From positions 186,001 through 250,000 of the forward strand of contig JAYWIR010000025.1 of NCBI GenBank assembly GCA_036172245.1: 64,000 nt of DNA, given 5' to 3'. A model generated the notes under the pieces. That model was not told the DNA's origin, did no database searches, and saw nothing but the letters and a program-made list of their open reading frames with translations. Made by a program: the position numbers and the translations under genes. Shown in pieces: positions 13,500-25,029 of this stretch (position 1 is its first letter; each line of letters starts with the position of its first letter). This stretch comes from Raillietiella orientalis (Eukaryota).

Positions 13500-14200
13500 T
13501 GCTGCTTATCATTAACGTTGCAGAACAAGGGTGGCCGTGTTCCTGTGAGGAGCGCGTTCAGTAGGTAGGTTAGGTAGGGGTGTTTGGGGAATCGAGAAAA
13601 CACTGCATTTCAAACCAGCAGTCCTGATCTTAGGAAGGGCGTCCGCTCCTTGAAGTTCCTGGGGCGTGTAGCGGATGGTCCACGATGGGGTCATTTCTTT
13701 TCTTCTTTTTACCAAATCCATGAGAATGCACCCTTCTGGAGATCGGTCCTTCTGGTGAGCATGCCTCGGATGAAGAAGGCATAGAGTTGCCTTCCCCATG
13801 GCCCTCTTGACGCTGATGTAAGAGTTTTAAGGTTCCTTTTCCCTCGAAGATTCCTCACGGGATCACAGTGGACTTGAGTCGTCTTCCCCATGGCTCTCCT
13901 GAGCCATGGGGAAGGGTCCCACAAATGTGCAGGTACAGATCGTCTTCCATGGCCTCTCATGAAGCGCAGTTCCCCTCGCCGGATTTCCCGTCCACTATCG
14001 CTTTTCCTTAGGACAGTCCCGATGGTGCGTGGGTTGAGGACAGGTTGTCTGAGCCTTGTCCACATCTTCTCCATTGCTTGAGCCGCTCGAGCGAGATTGA
14101 CCCCGACAGGATATGAGGATCTTCTCAACAAATTGCGTTTCGTTTGCTTCCGCTCAAGGTGAAACAGCGAGCTCTTAGCCACTTTCTCTCAAAGGCGCTG
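13500..14200 (-). mobile_element. Possible decayed LINE endonuclease fragment
   Basis: LMDLVKRRKEMTPSWTIRYT resembles L.D.WR...P....YT. Weak. Confidence 0.3.
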
Positions 14201-14799
14201 GTCTGGGCTTTTCCATGTTATCTCTTCGAGTGGCCAACGGATAAGGGGGTTTCTTCTCCACTCTTCTGGAACTTCTGAGAAGGTATTGAGGCCATGAAGG
14301 TTTGATCTGGCGGCATCGCAAGCCTCAGCATCTGTGAGTTGGCCGAAAAGTTCGCAAAAATAAATTCGATTGCTCTCCCAGATTGCACGAGGCCAAACTT
14401 TTCAGTTCCAATTGTGGACCGCGGAGACTCCGATCGATAAGTATAAACTTAATCTGCAGGTAATCATCCACCTTCCATTCACTTCCATTCCATTAGTAAA
14501 GAAAGTTGGTCATCAGTTGTAGCCATCCTTTTGCATTAATTTGCATTTTTACGTAGATTTGTGACCAAAGAATGTCAAGGTGCAAATCCATTAATGAATG
14601 TGAAAAGGTTCTTTGGTCCATTCTTAGCCACTTTTCTTCCCTTTCTTCCTATTCGATGTAATTCCCACCTCCAAGATTCATGACTGCTATCAAGACGATC
14701 CAGCGGCTGTATCGGTCTGATAGCTGTCGTGGATCTCCCTGCGAGTTAGCCACGCAGGCCGTCCTCGCGACATGGAAATGACCTCTCTTTTTCGTTCGG

Positions 14800-17700
14800 T
14801 TTCGCTCAACAATTTTGGTCACAGGTTATCGTGATTCATCCGAACGTTCCGTTTTCCGGCACACTTCTGGCCACTCCGTGCCACGCTTGAAGAACGCTGC
14901 AGCTGAAGAGTTGGATTTGAAGGCACGATTATTTTTCCAGAAGTGACACTTCTTGAGTCTGGATGATTCGACGACCCAGGAACCTGGCTTCTGAGTCTGA
15001 GTCTGAGGGGCAGTGAGATGCTGCAAAAGATGAGTTATGAAAAGAGTTATGTTTGAAATCTACGTCAATACAACGTAACAGGCAACTTCTCGTGTAGCTT
15101 ACTGAAAGTACTTAAAAGTAGAGACTGCATTTCGAAAGTTCTCACTTACAGATATCCGGTCTTCCAATGAAAGATGTCTAAAATATGGGACCCGATGTTG
15201 AAGATGAGGAATTCAGTCTTTCTCATTTTCAACAAGCTCATCCTCGCCTTTGAAAAGAGGTTCCTGAGGTTCCTTTCAAAAAGAGGTCTTCTAAAATGCA
15301 GGCTATCTTCGCCCGGCTGCCCACCGTTCGATTCCAGAATTTCTCTTTTGATTCCCAATCTGAATAAACTTTTTTAAAATGAACATCTTCGAAAGATGCA
15401 CCACCAACTGCTCTCTTATCTTTGGTGTGCGCCATTTCTCGAATGAAATTGCGCATTGAAAAATTTACGACCAACTCTATGCATCATGACTTATCAGGAG
15501 GTCTTAAGTGAGCTGCGCTACCACATTCCAAGGATATGCACGTAAGATATAACGACATTTTTAAATGTATTTTCCACTGAATCATCAACAATGTCTTGAG
15601 GCCCTCCGCTGGGCTGACAGGAGGGTTCTACGTACTTAAGATTAATTTATTTCAAGTTTCCTTGGCAAATCTAGTAGTATATTGTGATGGACTGTGCGGA
15701 ATCCTGTTGCGCCTGCACCCGGAAATATCCAAAAGTGTCACAACACTCACCATTCACTGATTTCTCTTCGTTTCCGCCTTCCTAACTTTATCTTATTAAT
15801 TTTCGCTTCCCTTCGAGTCCAACAAGTAGATCTTCCCAGCTGGAACCGAAATTCAGCTTCCTGGAGCATTTTGGGGGTTCAAATAGAATTTTCTTCACGT
15901 CCTTGCAGCCCCTTTTCGACTATGGTTTCTCACGCTGGATGTCATTTCGTTGCGAAGGGATTTGCAGTCAAATTTTAAAGCTCATCTCCTGGCTGCAGGA
16001 GCCGCCGGATTCTCATAAGCCGAATCTAAAAAACCACGTGCGAGTGCAAACCACTTCCATTTTCCCCCAAGTCCCACAAGGGGTGGGGTAAATTTATTTT
16101 CTTTTTAAATCTCATTCATTCTACAATCACATTCATACAACATACCAACACTTCATGATTTTGAAGTCCTTGAGGGTATCACAAGTTCTGCTTTCAGGGT
16201 GGGTTTCCAGATGTTTGGTCCCGGGCGTCGTCTTCAATCCTCAGGATGAATCGGTATGTCCAGGCATGGAGTCGTCCACAGTTCCTGATGCCGATTTCCT
16301 TCTTGATGAGTCCTTGCAGGATCTCCATCGGGGGTGCGGCTCTTCTGGCTTTCCTCATCTTCTACCACCGCACAAGTATGGCTGTGATGAAGAGAGCAAT
16401 GGTCGTCCTCACCATGGGATTGTAACAGGAACATTACCATCTCCCTGGAACATCCCAGCGAGGATTTCCATAACGGACTTGTTGTTGAGTCCTATGATCC
16501 TTTTCAGGATCAGCCAGTCGTGTAGCAATGTGGGACACGTCAAGACGTGAAGTCTCGTATCGATGTCTCCACATGCCGTGCAGTCTTCATCTTCCCGTCT
16601 TCCGTGCAAACCACTTCCAGCTGTTTTAACTGAAATGGAAGTCGTGAGCAATTCTGAGCATATAAAAACAACTGGTCTCGTCCCCAGAGGGTGTTGCGAA
16701 ATGGGAAAAGTGTTGATAGGCCCTCACGGCCGTTCAGCAAAGACTTCTGGAGAGCAGCTTGCGGGGTCATAGGCGAATTCTACCTGTAATGCAACCGGGA
16801 AAATGGAATGGAGGAGAGAATCATCGATCGCCATTCCGCATGGAGAACACCACAGCTTTTAATGCCATTAGAGATGTATCAAGGATAGATTTTGCGTTAG
16901 AGTGGCATCACTGTCCTTTCTAAACTTGGTCTTCAGGACCGGATTACCTGTGATGGAATATTATTCCTTTATTTTGCTCATGATTCGTTTTTTTTTAGAA
17001 CGCTTACTATCGCATTCTTTTGAATTCGAGACAACGTTGGCTTCTCAAGACCCCTGAACACCTGTTTCTTAGGTGACTGCACAGCCTCCTTGCTTTGAGC
17101 CCTTTGATTTTTTTCCTTGAGGGCTGAAATATCGAATGCCTGGATAATGCAGTTAAAGACCTTGGAAGCCTCGTCGAAGTTTGTTGTTAGCCATGTTTCC
17201 TCCTTGTGCTTTGCTTCATCGGGGTCTTCTAGCAGCTGTGAAAAGGACTTTAAAATAATGTCTTATGTTGCAAATCCTTTGCAAGTTCTGTATCTAAACT
17301 CCTTGAGGATCCAGTTCCAGAGAAGCGCTCGTGGTTCCTCATCTCAAATCAGCAGGCAGTGGATAATTCCCTCGAAAAGTAGAACGTGGAAGGAAATGAG
17401 GAATGCAAACGCAACAGGAAAGTAAGTGGTAAGGAAGTACGAAGATTCGTATCATTGCACTGAGCATGTCCACAGGAAAGCCTCATGGAAGTCCATTCTT
17501 CATTCTGCCTGCCCTCAAACTTTGAAACCGATCATCAAACGCTTGTACGGTACGCAGAAATTCAAAGTTCAGAATCGCTGCTATCAACGGGATCACGGAT
17601 AGCATGATGAGGAGACGTCATAGTTTACATGTTCCGTTCTTTCGTGTTGCTTATGAGTCATTAATTTACAATTGTACACCCGAACAATTATCCAGCGCCT

Positions 17701-17900
17701 CGTACGGTACTACTTTCGCTGTTTCCAAGGTATTTTCGATTTTCAAGGTCATTTCGGAAATTGCAGGACATTCTTTTTGGAGTGCATTTGTCATTTGGTG
17801 CTCGATCTCTTCCCACGCTGAGCGCTACCTCTCTTTTCTCGCTCTCTCCTTTCGGAGTATCGGTCCGGCGTGGCTCTGAAGTTTCAGAGTTGTCTTAAGA
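14800..17900 (-). mobile_element. Cluster of decayed L1-type ORF2 fragments
   Basis: Clear C-terminal knuckle DCTACGDIDTRLHVLTCP (ORF 16409-16651). TFGYFRV (F.YLGV-like, ~15725) and a post-RT VGG motif (ORF 15238-15474) indicate a second fragment. Confidence 0.55.
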
Positions 17901-18789
17901 AGAAACTGATGCCACTCCTCTGAATGCTTCAGGATCAATCATACTGGTCTTGGCAAATGCGCTTAATGCACTCGATGGGAGAACTTGAAGTACTCAAACA
18001 GTGCATCCCGTCACGTCACCAACTTCAGCTCGGTTTCACAGCCGTCCTGGTTCATCTTTGTTCGTCTCACGGGCGTCCAGACAAGTGTTTGTAAATTTGT
18101 GTTCCCACATGAAAAGAAGAAAAAAAAATCCCGCAAGCAATCTGCCTTCGCGACGATTAGCGGATAGTCTTGCCCAAAGGGTCCACTGAGGCAGGTTTGG
18201 TCCACGTCACAAGGTCTTTGATAATTGGTCCTGTCTGAAACACCTACACTACGAAAACGTCCTTGGGTATGGTGATTCACAAAGTTCATTTATACTTTTG
18301 ATTTAAGGAATGCTAATACATAAGAAACGCCATCATGTTATTTGAGGGCAAATGATTGTCCTGTTGTTATGTTACCAACGATGATCCTTCTTGGTTCGAT
18401 AACCTGGCTGGAAGTGCCGCGAGGAGCTGGCTAGAAGCTGAACTTCGGATCCCACAGAAGATGGAGATTTATGGTTTGAACCGTGCATGCCAAAGGAGAG
18501 TCCTGCAGCAGAGAAAATGAAGTGACGACAAGTCAAAATCGGGATCGCGCTTTGCGTGTTGCGCTAACACGTCGCTAGGCACTCGTTTAAAGATGAATTG
18601 GTCGTTCAATAGAGGCGAAGGAGCTCGATGGAACCGCTGTAAATACAAAGCAGGTGGCGAATGCGCTGAAGTAGGCGCCAGCTCAGTGGTGCGTTGTGTG
18701 GGAACCTTGCCAGGCGTCTTGTTCGCTTGGGATTTTTCTCCCGCTCACGCCGGTCGTTCATTTAATCAAGGGAATTGCAACCACGCGAT

Positions 18790-18840
18790 CCGCGTTGAGG
18801 CTGCGGTCTCCGTTCGTGTTGCTGGTTCGAGTCCCACCGT
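18790..18840 (+). other. tRNA-Leu-like 3' two-thirds (pseudo-tRNA or SINE head)
   Basis: Stem CCGCG/TGCGG encloses a 7-nt loop TTGAGGC, then TCTC..TTCG and B-box GGTTCGAGTCCCACCG, resembling the eukaryotic tRNA-Leu layout. No intact D-arm or acceptor stem. An A-box-like CAGCTCAGTGGT lies at 18679-18690. Confidence 0.35.
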
Positions 18841-18844
18841 GGAG

Positions 18845-19445
18845 CGTCGACCCCGAGAATGAGGGATGCATCCTGGGTTTCGAGTTCCTCTTACAGGATG
18901 ACGCTGTTGGTCTACAGGGTTCTGGGTGGAAGACGTCGAATTGGTTGCTTCGTGGTGCCCCGCCTATAGTGCAAATGAGCCGAGCAGCAACAAGGAGCTT
19001 GTTCATACCTTTCTAGAGTGTCCAGAAGCCTTCTGCTCCTTCGAGGAGTGGCCCTCTAGCGAAATTCGGAAGCATCCTTACGGGATTTCCTTTAGAAAAG
19101 GAAAGAAGGAGCAGTTCCCTTTCAGATGCCCTCCGGAGAAGAAATCCCAGGATCTCTCCGGGTTCCCTCCCAGGATTCAGAGAGGAACGAACTCCTTCCT
19201 CCAGAACTTTCCTGGATTCATTAAGTGGAGTTTCTCGGGTTACTTTCTAACGTCAAGAGTGACACGCATCCTCGGGTGGCGTGGACGGTGCCAAAGAGCT
19301 GCGTGCCCCTGAGGAGGCAGACTGTTCTTCAGCATTTGGCAAGCCAAAAAAAAGCCGGGAGGAAAACAGCGAAAACAGAAAAACTTAAAGGAATGTCCAT
19401 CATCCGAGGCCGATAGCAGCGATCTCCCTGTGAGTTAGCTACTGA
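18845..19445 (+). mobile_element. Family B repeat, copy 1 (LINE 3' end: CCHC plus 3' UTR)
   Basis: Encodes WCPAYS...ELVHTFLECP. DNA aligns with 33370-34120, 42690-43445 and 52110-52700 (shared GGGTTTCGA..CAGGATGAC; CTCGGGTGGCGTGGACG..G..AAAGAGCT; AAGGA.T.CCATCA). Confidence 0.8.
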
Positions 19446-19454
19446 AACTTTTTT

Positions 19455-20830
19455 AAAAAAGAAAAGAAACTGGTTGGGAGCCCGATTCCTAACCGAAGAC
19501 GAAAGCAGTTCAAGAGAATGATCGACCAACACGAAAGTCGAAACCTCTGAAAATAGGGAAAGGGAGGATAAAAACAATAAATAAATAACGAAAGGTTGGA
19601 TCTTTGGTATCACTACTTTCTGATAAATAAAAAACCAGGAAAGGGCCTCAGCGATTGGGAGGGAAGAATATAAAATAAATAAGGAGTGGGTGGGAACAGA
19701 TAGATGTTACGGTGTCTGCCGGTTCCAAAGGCAAATTGCTTTGGAATTAGGAAAACCCTTTGTGCGTGAAAGCGTTTCGTACAAACGATTTTTTCAAGTC
19801 AGAAATCATGCCATGGAATTCAAAGCATTCATTAGGAGATTTCAGTGTAACCTTTTTCTTATTTGATCGTGTTCTCGAATCCAGATGGGCAGTGGCCTTC
19901 GTCAACGATACCACACGGTTAATCTAGTTGCAACCATACCAAAAGAAAAAGGAAGCGTTCGGGAGCTGTATTTCTGTAACCGCATGTGGTTGAGAATGAG
20001 TCAAGGGTTCGCTCAATCTGTAATCTTCATTGGTCTCAGTTCCTTGATCACTGGAGCCGAATGGAAAGAACTTATCTTCGGTATCTGCCGGTTCCTTCCT
20101 CAGAGAGCCAGCGCTCTCCTCTTTGACTTGCTCTTGCAGGTGAGGTGACCCAGCAGCCGTCCTCATGCTGGCGGCTGTCATACGGGTGGCCTCTTTTTGC
20201 TGCGTCTGTGACTCCAGCACATTGCGGGCTGCAACGGTGGTGCGAAGGCAACACCGTTGCGACCGCTGCTCCAATCGGGAGTCCGCCACGCTAGAAGAAC
20301 TGCCGCGGTAGGTCCCGGGCGGTGACCCCGTATCGTCGGAGTGCCGAGGTGAGGCTTTTCTATCATCACAGTTCTTGGGGGGCGCCGCAGTGAGATAGCA
20401 GGAGTGGGGTCGACTGCACCGACCCACAGCAGTCGCAGTTCGGGGATGGAGCTCTCCCGGGGGTGCCAGCACTGGTTGCACTCAACCTCCTGTGCACAGC
20501 CTCATTCCACATCATTAGGAACACAGAAGTGTTCGAACATTGGAGAAGAACCACAAGTTATTCAGGGGTGGCACAGAAATTCACTCCACCGAAAGAGTCC
20601 CTTCGTGCGGAGTGGTGGGATCCGCCAACTCCCACGTCTTCCAGACCCTCAGAACTTTCGTCATCCTTGCAATGGCGCAGGAGAACTCTCACCCCACCGA
20701 TAGGCGGCTGTCGTCTCTTGCCCTCAGGACAGACAGCGCTACGACAAGGGATGTGGCAGTCAGAGTCGACTAATTTGTGGAGTCCTGCATCACCGCTTCC
20801 AAAGAATCGCTAGGGAAGTGGCTCAGGGGT
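19455..20830 (-). mobile_element. Family A LINE 3' part, interrupted by a 352-bp insertion
   Basis: 19560-19726 and 20096-20830 align closely and colinearly with 27808-28720. Confidence 0.85.
19727..20078. mobile_element. 352-bp insertion flanked by a 17-bp target-site duplication
   Basis: CGGTGTCTGCCGGTTCC (19710-19726) and CGGTATCTGCCGGTTCC (20079-20095) flank it. The paralogous copy at ~27950-27966 has the site once and lacks the insert. Confidence 0.8.
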
Positions 20831-23800
20831 CGAAGTTCCTCCTGGCGAATTCACTGGTAAGCAGCCCAGTACGCAACCACTTTCTGCCTCCAGTCGCTGA
20901 TGTTCTTCGGGTTGCAGATCAACGGTAGGGCTTCCAGAAGGAAGACGAATTCTTTCAGGGGGGAGTCAAATCCCTGCATCCCGAATCGGAGACTCGGCAG
21001 CAACGAGGATGAGGCACGGGGAAGTCCATGGTTTGGCTCAGGGGGTCAGCATGCGGAACACTTGCAGCCCGACTTTTTCCAGCGTTTCCCTAGGAGAAGT
21101 GAACACGGCCGTGGCAATTATACCACATGTCATTAGAGTGTGGTAGTTGCCACGAAAGGAACACTTGGAACCTACTTATCCCCTTGTAGTTACTTCCTTG
21201 CTTGATAGGTGATATTTCCCTGGGAATGAACTCCCTAAACGGGAGCGATTTCAAGGAGCCCCCACTACTGCTTGCAGGGGTTATAGTGGGTGTGACTTCC
21301 ACATTGCCTTCCACTTGTCCATTGGTCAGACGGGATAAAAAAAAATAAAAAAGAACTTCGCCTGCTGGCTGGCAGCATGGCATCTTTGTTTGAAAATTCC
21401 CAGTGGAGTAGGGCAGAGATACTTTCCTCCCCTTTGTATTCACAAAAGGAATTCCTCCTTCCAGCGCTGCTTTATAATGGTTTTTGCTAACAATTTTCGT
21501 TCCCTTGACGGAGAAGTAAAAAGGTACCGTAGGGAAGGGGAAATCTGCAGTGCTCGCTGCACGGCTATCTGGAATTTGAACAACGCTGCAATCGTTCGAG
21601 ATGGAACAGGAAAACATCGGCACAACGTTGGTGCTGAAGGTGGAGCAATGAAAACTCTAAGCAGGAAACGAAGCGCACAAGAAGAACCAAGTGGAACACC
21701 ATCACACGTACTCCGAAGAACACTCGGTGATATTCGTGGCGAAGAGGACTCCTTAATACCATAGGAATGAAATACATTAATAGGAAAAGTAAATTAGATT
21801 GGAGCCACACATGGACCTGAAAACCCTACTCCTCTGTATAGAATACTTGGAACTCCAAAGGAGTGATATATGAAGCAAGTAGACGCCCAGAACCGTTTCC
21901 TTGCTGTTCCAGTGTTCTTGAAGTTGAAAGAATTATTTTTTACCCAACATACAACCACATTCTGCAAGTCAAGAACACCTGTTCATCGGCATCAAAGTAA
22001 TCCTGTTCGACTTGATGACAAGCGAACAACAAGGACGAAAAGTCAAATCCGAAATTCGTTACGAATTACAACGAAAAAAATAACGCAAATGAAATTATGT
22101 GAAATTCCATGTTTGTATTATTTATAAGCCGTGGAGCAAATGTGCTAACGGACCTTTTGCACAGGACCAAACCCCACGAGGCTTCGCGACACACGAAAAG
22201 GTTACCTATGTGGGCGAGGTTCCATCAATATACGAGGAAAAAATTCTACCCATCAAAGAAAAGAGCTGGAGAAAGAAAAAAAGTTCTATCAATATAAAGA
22301 AGAAAAGAATCTTCTAGCAGTCATCGGAAGTTTAGGCAATTTTAAAGTTCTTTCAGTGGAAAGATGATTTCCATCTTGATCCCGTATTCCTTCAGCCTTC
22401 CGAAGTTTTCGTAAACATTTGGATCGAGGATCTCATGGGAGTCTTAATAAAGCCAGGAACTTGGTCTACTTCCTCACGCATGAAAATTTTTTCCTTTCTC
22501 CGTGAAAATTCATGGCGTCATTTTTTATCTAGCAGCCTCCTAGAATCATCGCGGAAACTGGAGCTGAGTTTCTCGTGAAAACAAAAGCTCCGGAGCATGC
22601 ACTGCCTATCACTCTGAAATCACAATAAACAAGGAACCTGTAAAATCATCATCTTTAAGAAAGCCCTCCATCTGAGCAAATATGCCGTTAGCTGACGGAA
22701 TGGAAGAAATCGCTCACGGATCTGTACCTCGGAGCCTGGGGAAGGAAAAGTGGTTCGAGCCGTGCACGTTTGCATCATGTTTCGTCGTCCGGTTCCAATT
22801 TTCAAACAGTATTCCTTCCGGGTGACCCTGTCTCGTCTACACAAACAGGGCAATACCGAAACCTATCTGTCGAAGAAGCATTTTCTAAAAGACACTGTAG
22901 CGAAACCCGGCAGTCCTTTGACGAAAGTCAAAGCAACAGCACTCGGAACGTTCTCGGAAAAAAATCCTCTCCCATAAGCTGGGAATGGAGGATACGGTCG
23001 GAGCATTGTCTTCCCACCCCTTCTGCACTGCACTTGTTCCCGGCTGCAGGAAGGGGAGACCCACCGTGTCCACACGAATGCTCCATAGCTGTTGGAATCC
23101 CCCGCTTTGTGTTGCTGTTGAGAAAAAACACGCGGGTGCTTCTTGGACTTCGCATCTCGTGGCATCGATTGGAAGCGCCAAGCGCTTTCTTTTCGCAGCA
23201 CCATTAGAGGCATCTGGTCGTCCTTAGCTATGACGCCCATTTCCGAAAACCACCACCTCGTTTCTCGAGGCGCACCGCCCTCATCAACATGGGAGCTTTA
23301 CCAGTACTTGCAGGTTTCGCGCGTTTTCCCAACGTGTCTTTTGTGTTTATTTAGGAGAGAGGCTTGGGATCGAGATCACGGCAGAATGCACACGTCCTTG
23401 GGCGTCCACTGGACTTGGGAACACGAGGTGAACGCGAGTCGCACAGGGGTTCTATCGTCCCTAGTGCTTGCTAACAGTGGAAGGAAGTCGCCCGAGATTA
23501 GAAGGAATGATCAACCCTTTGCAACGGTACGTATTTTGCTTACGGGAACCCATCTTGAGACGAAAATCCTTATCTGGTTTTTCCTCACGTGGATGATGTG
23601 TTTTGCAGCCTTCGGTCTTCTCCCATCTCCAGGTCGTTCATTTGCACATTCTTTCTTATTCACAGTACCTTTTGCTTTAACCTCCGTTAGGGAAGTAAGC
23701 AGTGTGTTCCTTCATTACGAAAGTGCGCGTGTGTTCCGTGTGAAACAATGGCTTCCAAAGAGAGGTCCTGTACACTCCTACTGGGCTTCGTGCCCAGTGT

Positions 23801-25029
23801 AGTCGGACGTTGACCTGCAGGGAGAGTTAGAAACTCTTGTTCTTTTGCACTGCATACGAGCCATTTCGTTACAATTGTACATTTGACTAATTGTTTCGTG
23901 CCTCGTGCGACACTGCCTCCGACCTACGGAGCGCTCTCAGTCGAGGAACTTTTCTTTCGAAACTCCCATCTCCTGCGTTTGCCTACATTTCCTAGGCAAC
24001 ATGGCTTCCAACTTTTCGAGTTGCGAGATGGGTGCAGGGCAGTTATCGAGTGGATCGACACCCTTCCGCTTCAGAAACGATCCTTCTGGTCTGAAACGCT
24101 TCTGAGGAACCGATGCTCCCAGCCGATAAGGAGGTGGGTCAACTTCTAGCTGCGCCTGTGGAATGGACCGCCTGGGTGGCTGGAGCAACTGAATGTTCGA
24201 GCCAAGTTTCCGCCTGATACAGGCGCGGCGACCGTGTTGCGCACCCGAGGAAGGTGGTTGTCTTGCGTGGAGTGGCGGACAAAAGTGCGGAACAGCTAGA
24301 ATAAAGGAAGGGTAGCGCGAATGCAGTGCAAAGAAACGGCGTCCCTAGAGAAGACAGTGATGGGACATCCTAAGCAAACGGACACGAGACGGCCTTTGGG
24401 ACACTGGAAAGAGAATACGAAACGAAAAAAGCAAGCGTGCTGAGGAGGAAGTTAGAGAACCAAGAGAAACAACAACAGGAAGGAAGGGAAGAAATGAAAA
24501 CATGTCGACAGTTTGCCAGCTCGCTGATGATGGTAAATTTGGTTGGAGGAAGAGGTGAAAAAGAAGTTCCCACATGACGACAATACAATCGCCAATGCAG
24601 TTTGCCTGCATAAGCGTCATTCGAAGAGTCAAGACCGTCAACAGTCAACAACATTCTTGTTGACTTAGCAATGTGCTTTGCCAGTTTGCTAAAGGGAGGC
24701 TCCACGGGATATGGTCTTCCGCAATCGGTAAGCATCAACCACTTGCTCTTCTTTTCCCAGGTGAGAAGAGATGAGGACGGAATGAAAAGTGGATGGTGCT
24801 TGATGAGGCGATCGAAGCGACCTCCGGCAGGGCAGCTCTGCCGAGGGGTGCGTGGGCACCGCGAAAGGGGCGGTGGAGCGAGGAAACATTCAGTACCACA
24901 GGAGCCTGAGGGTGGGCGCTGAGCAGCAGAGTTGGAGGAGTCATGACAGAGCGGGACAAGATTCAGCCGAATCTGCGCTCAGCACCTTCAAGGAGGGGAA
25001 AGTGTTCGAGAAGATGAAAGAGCATATTT

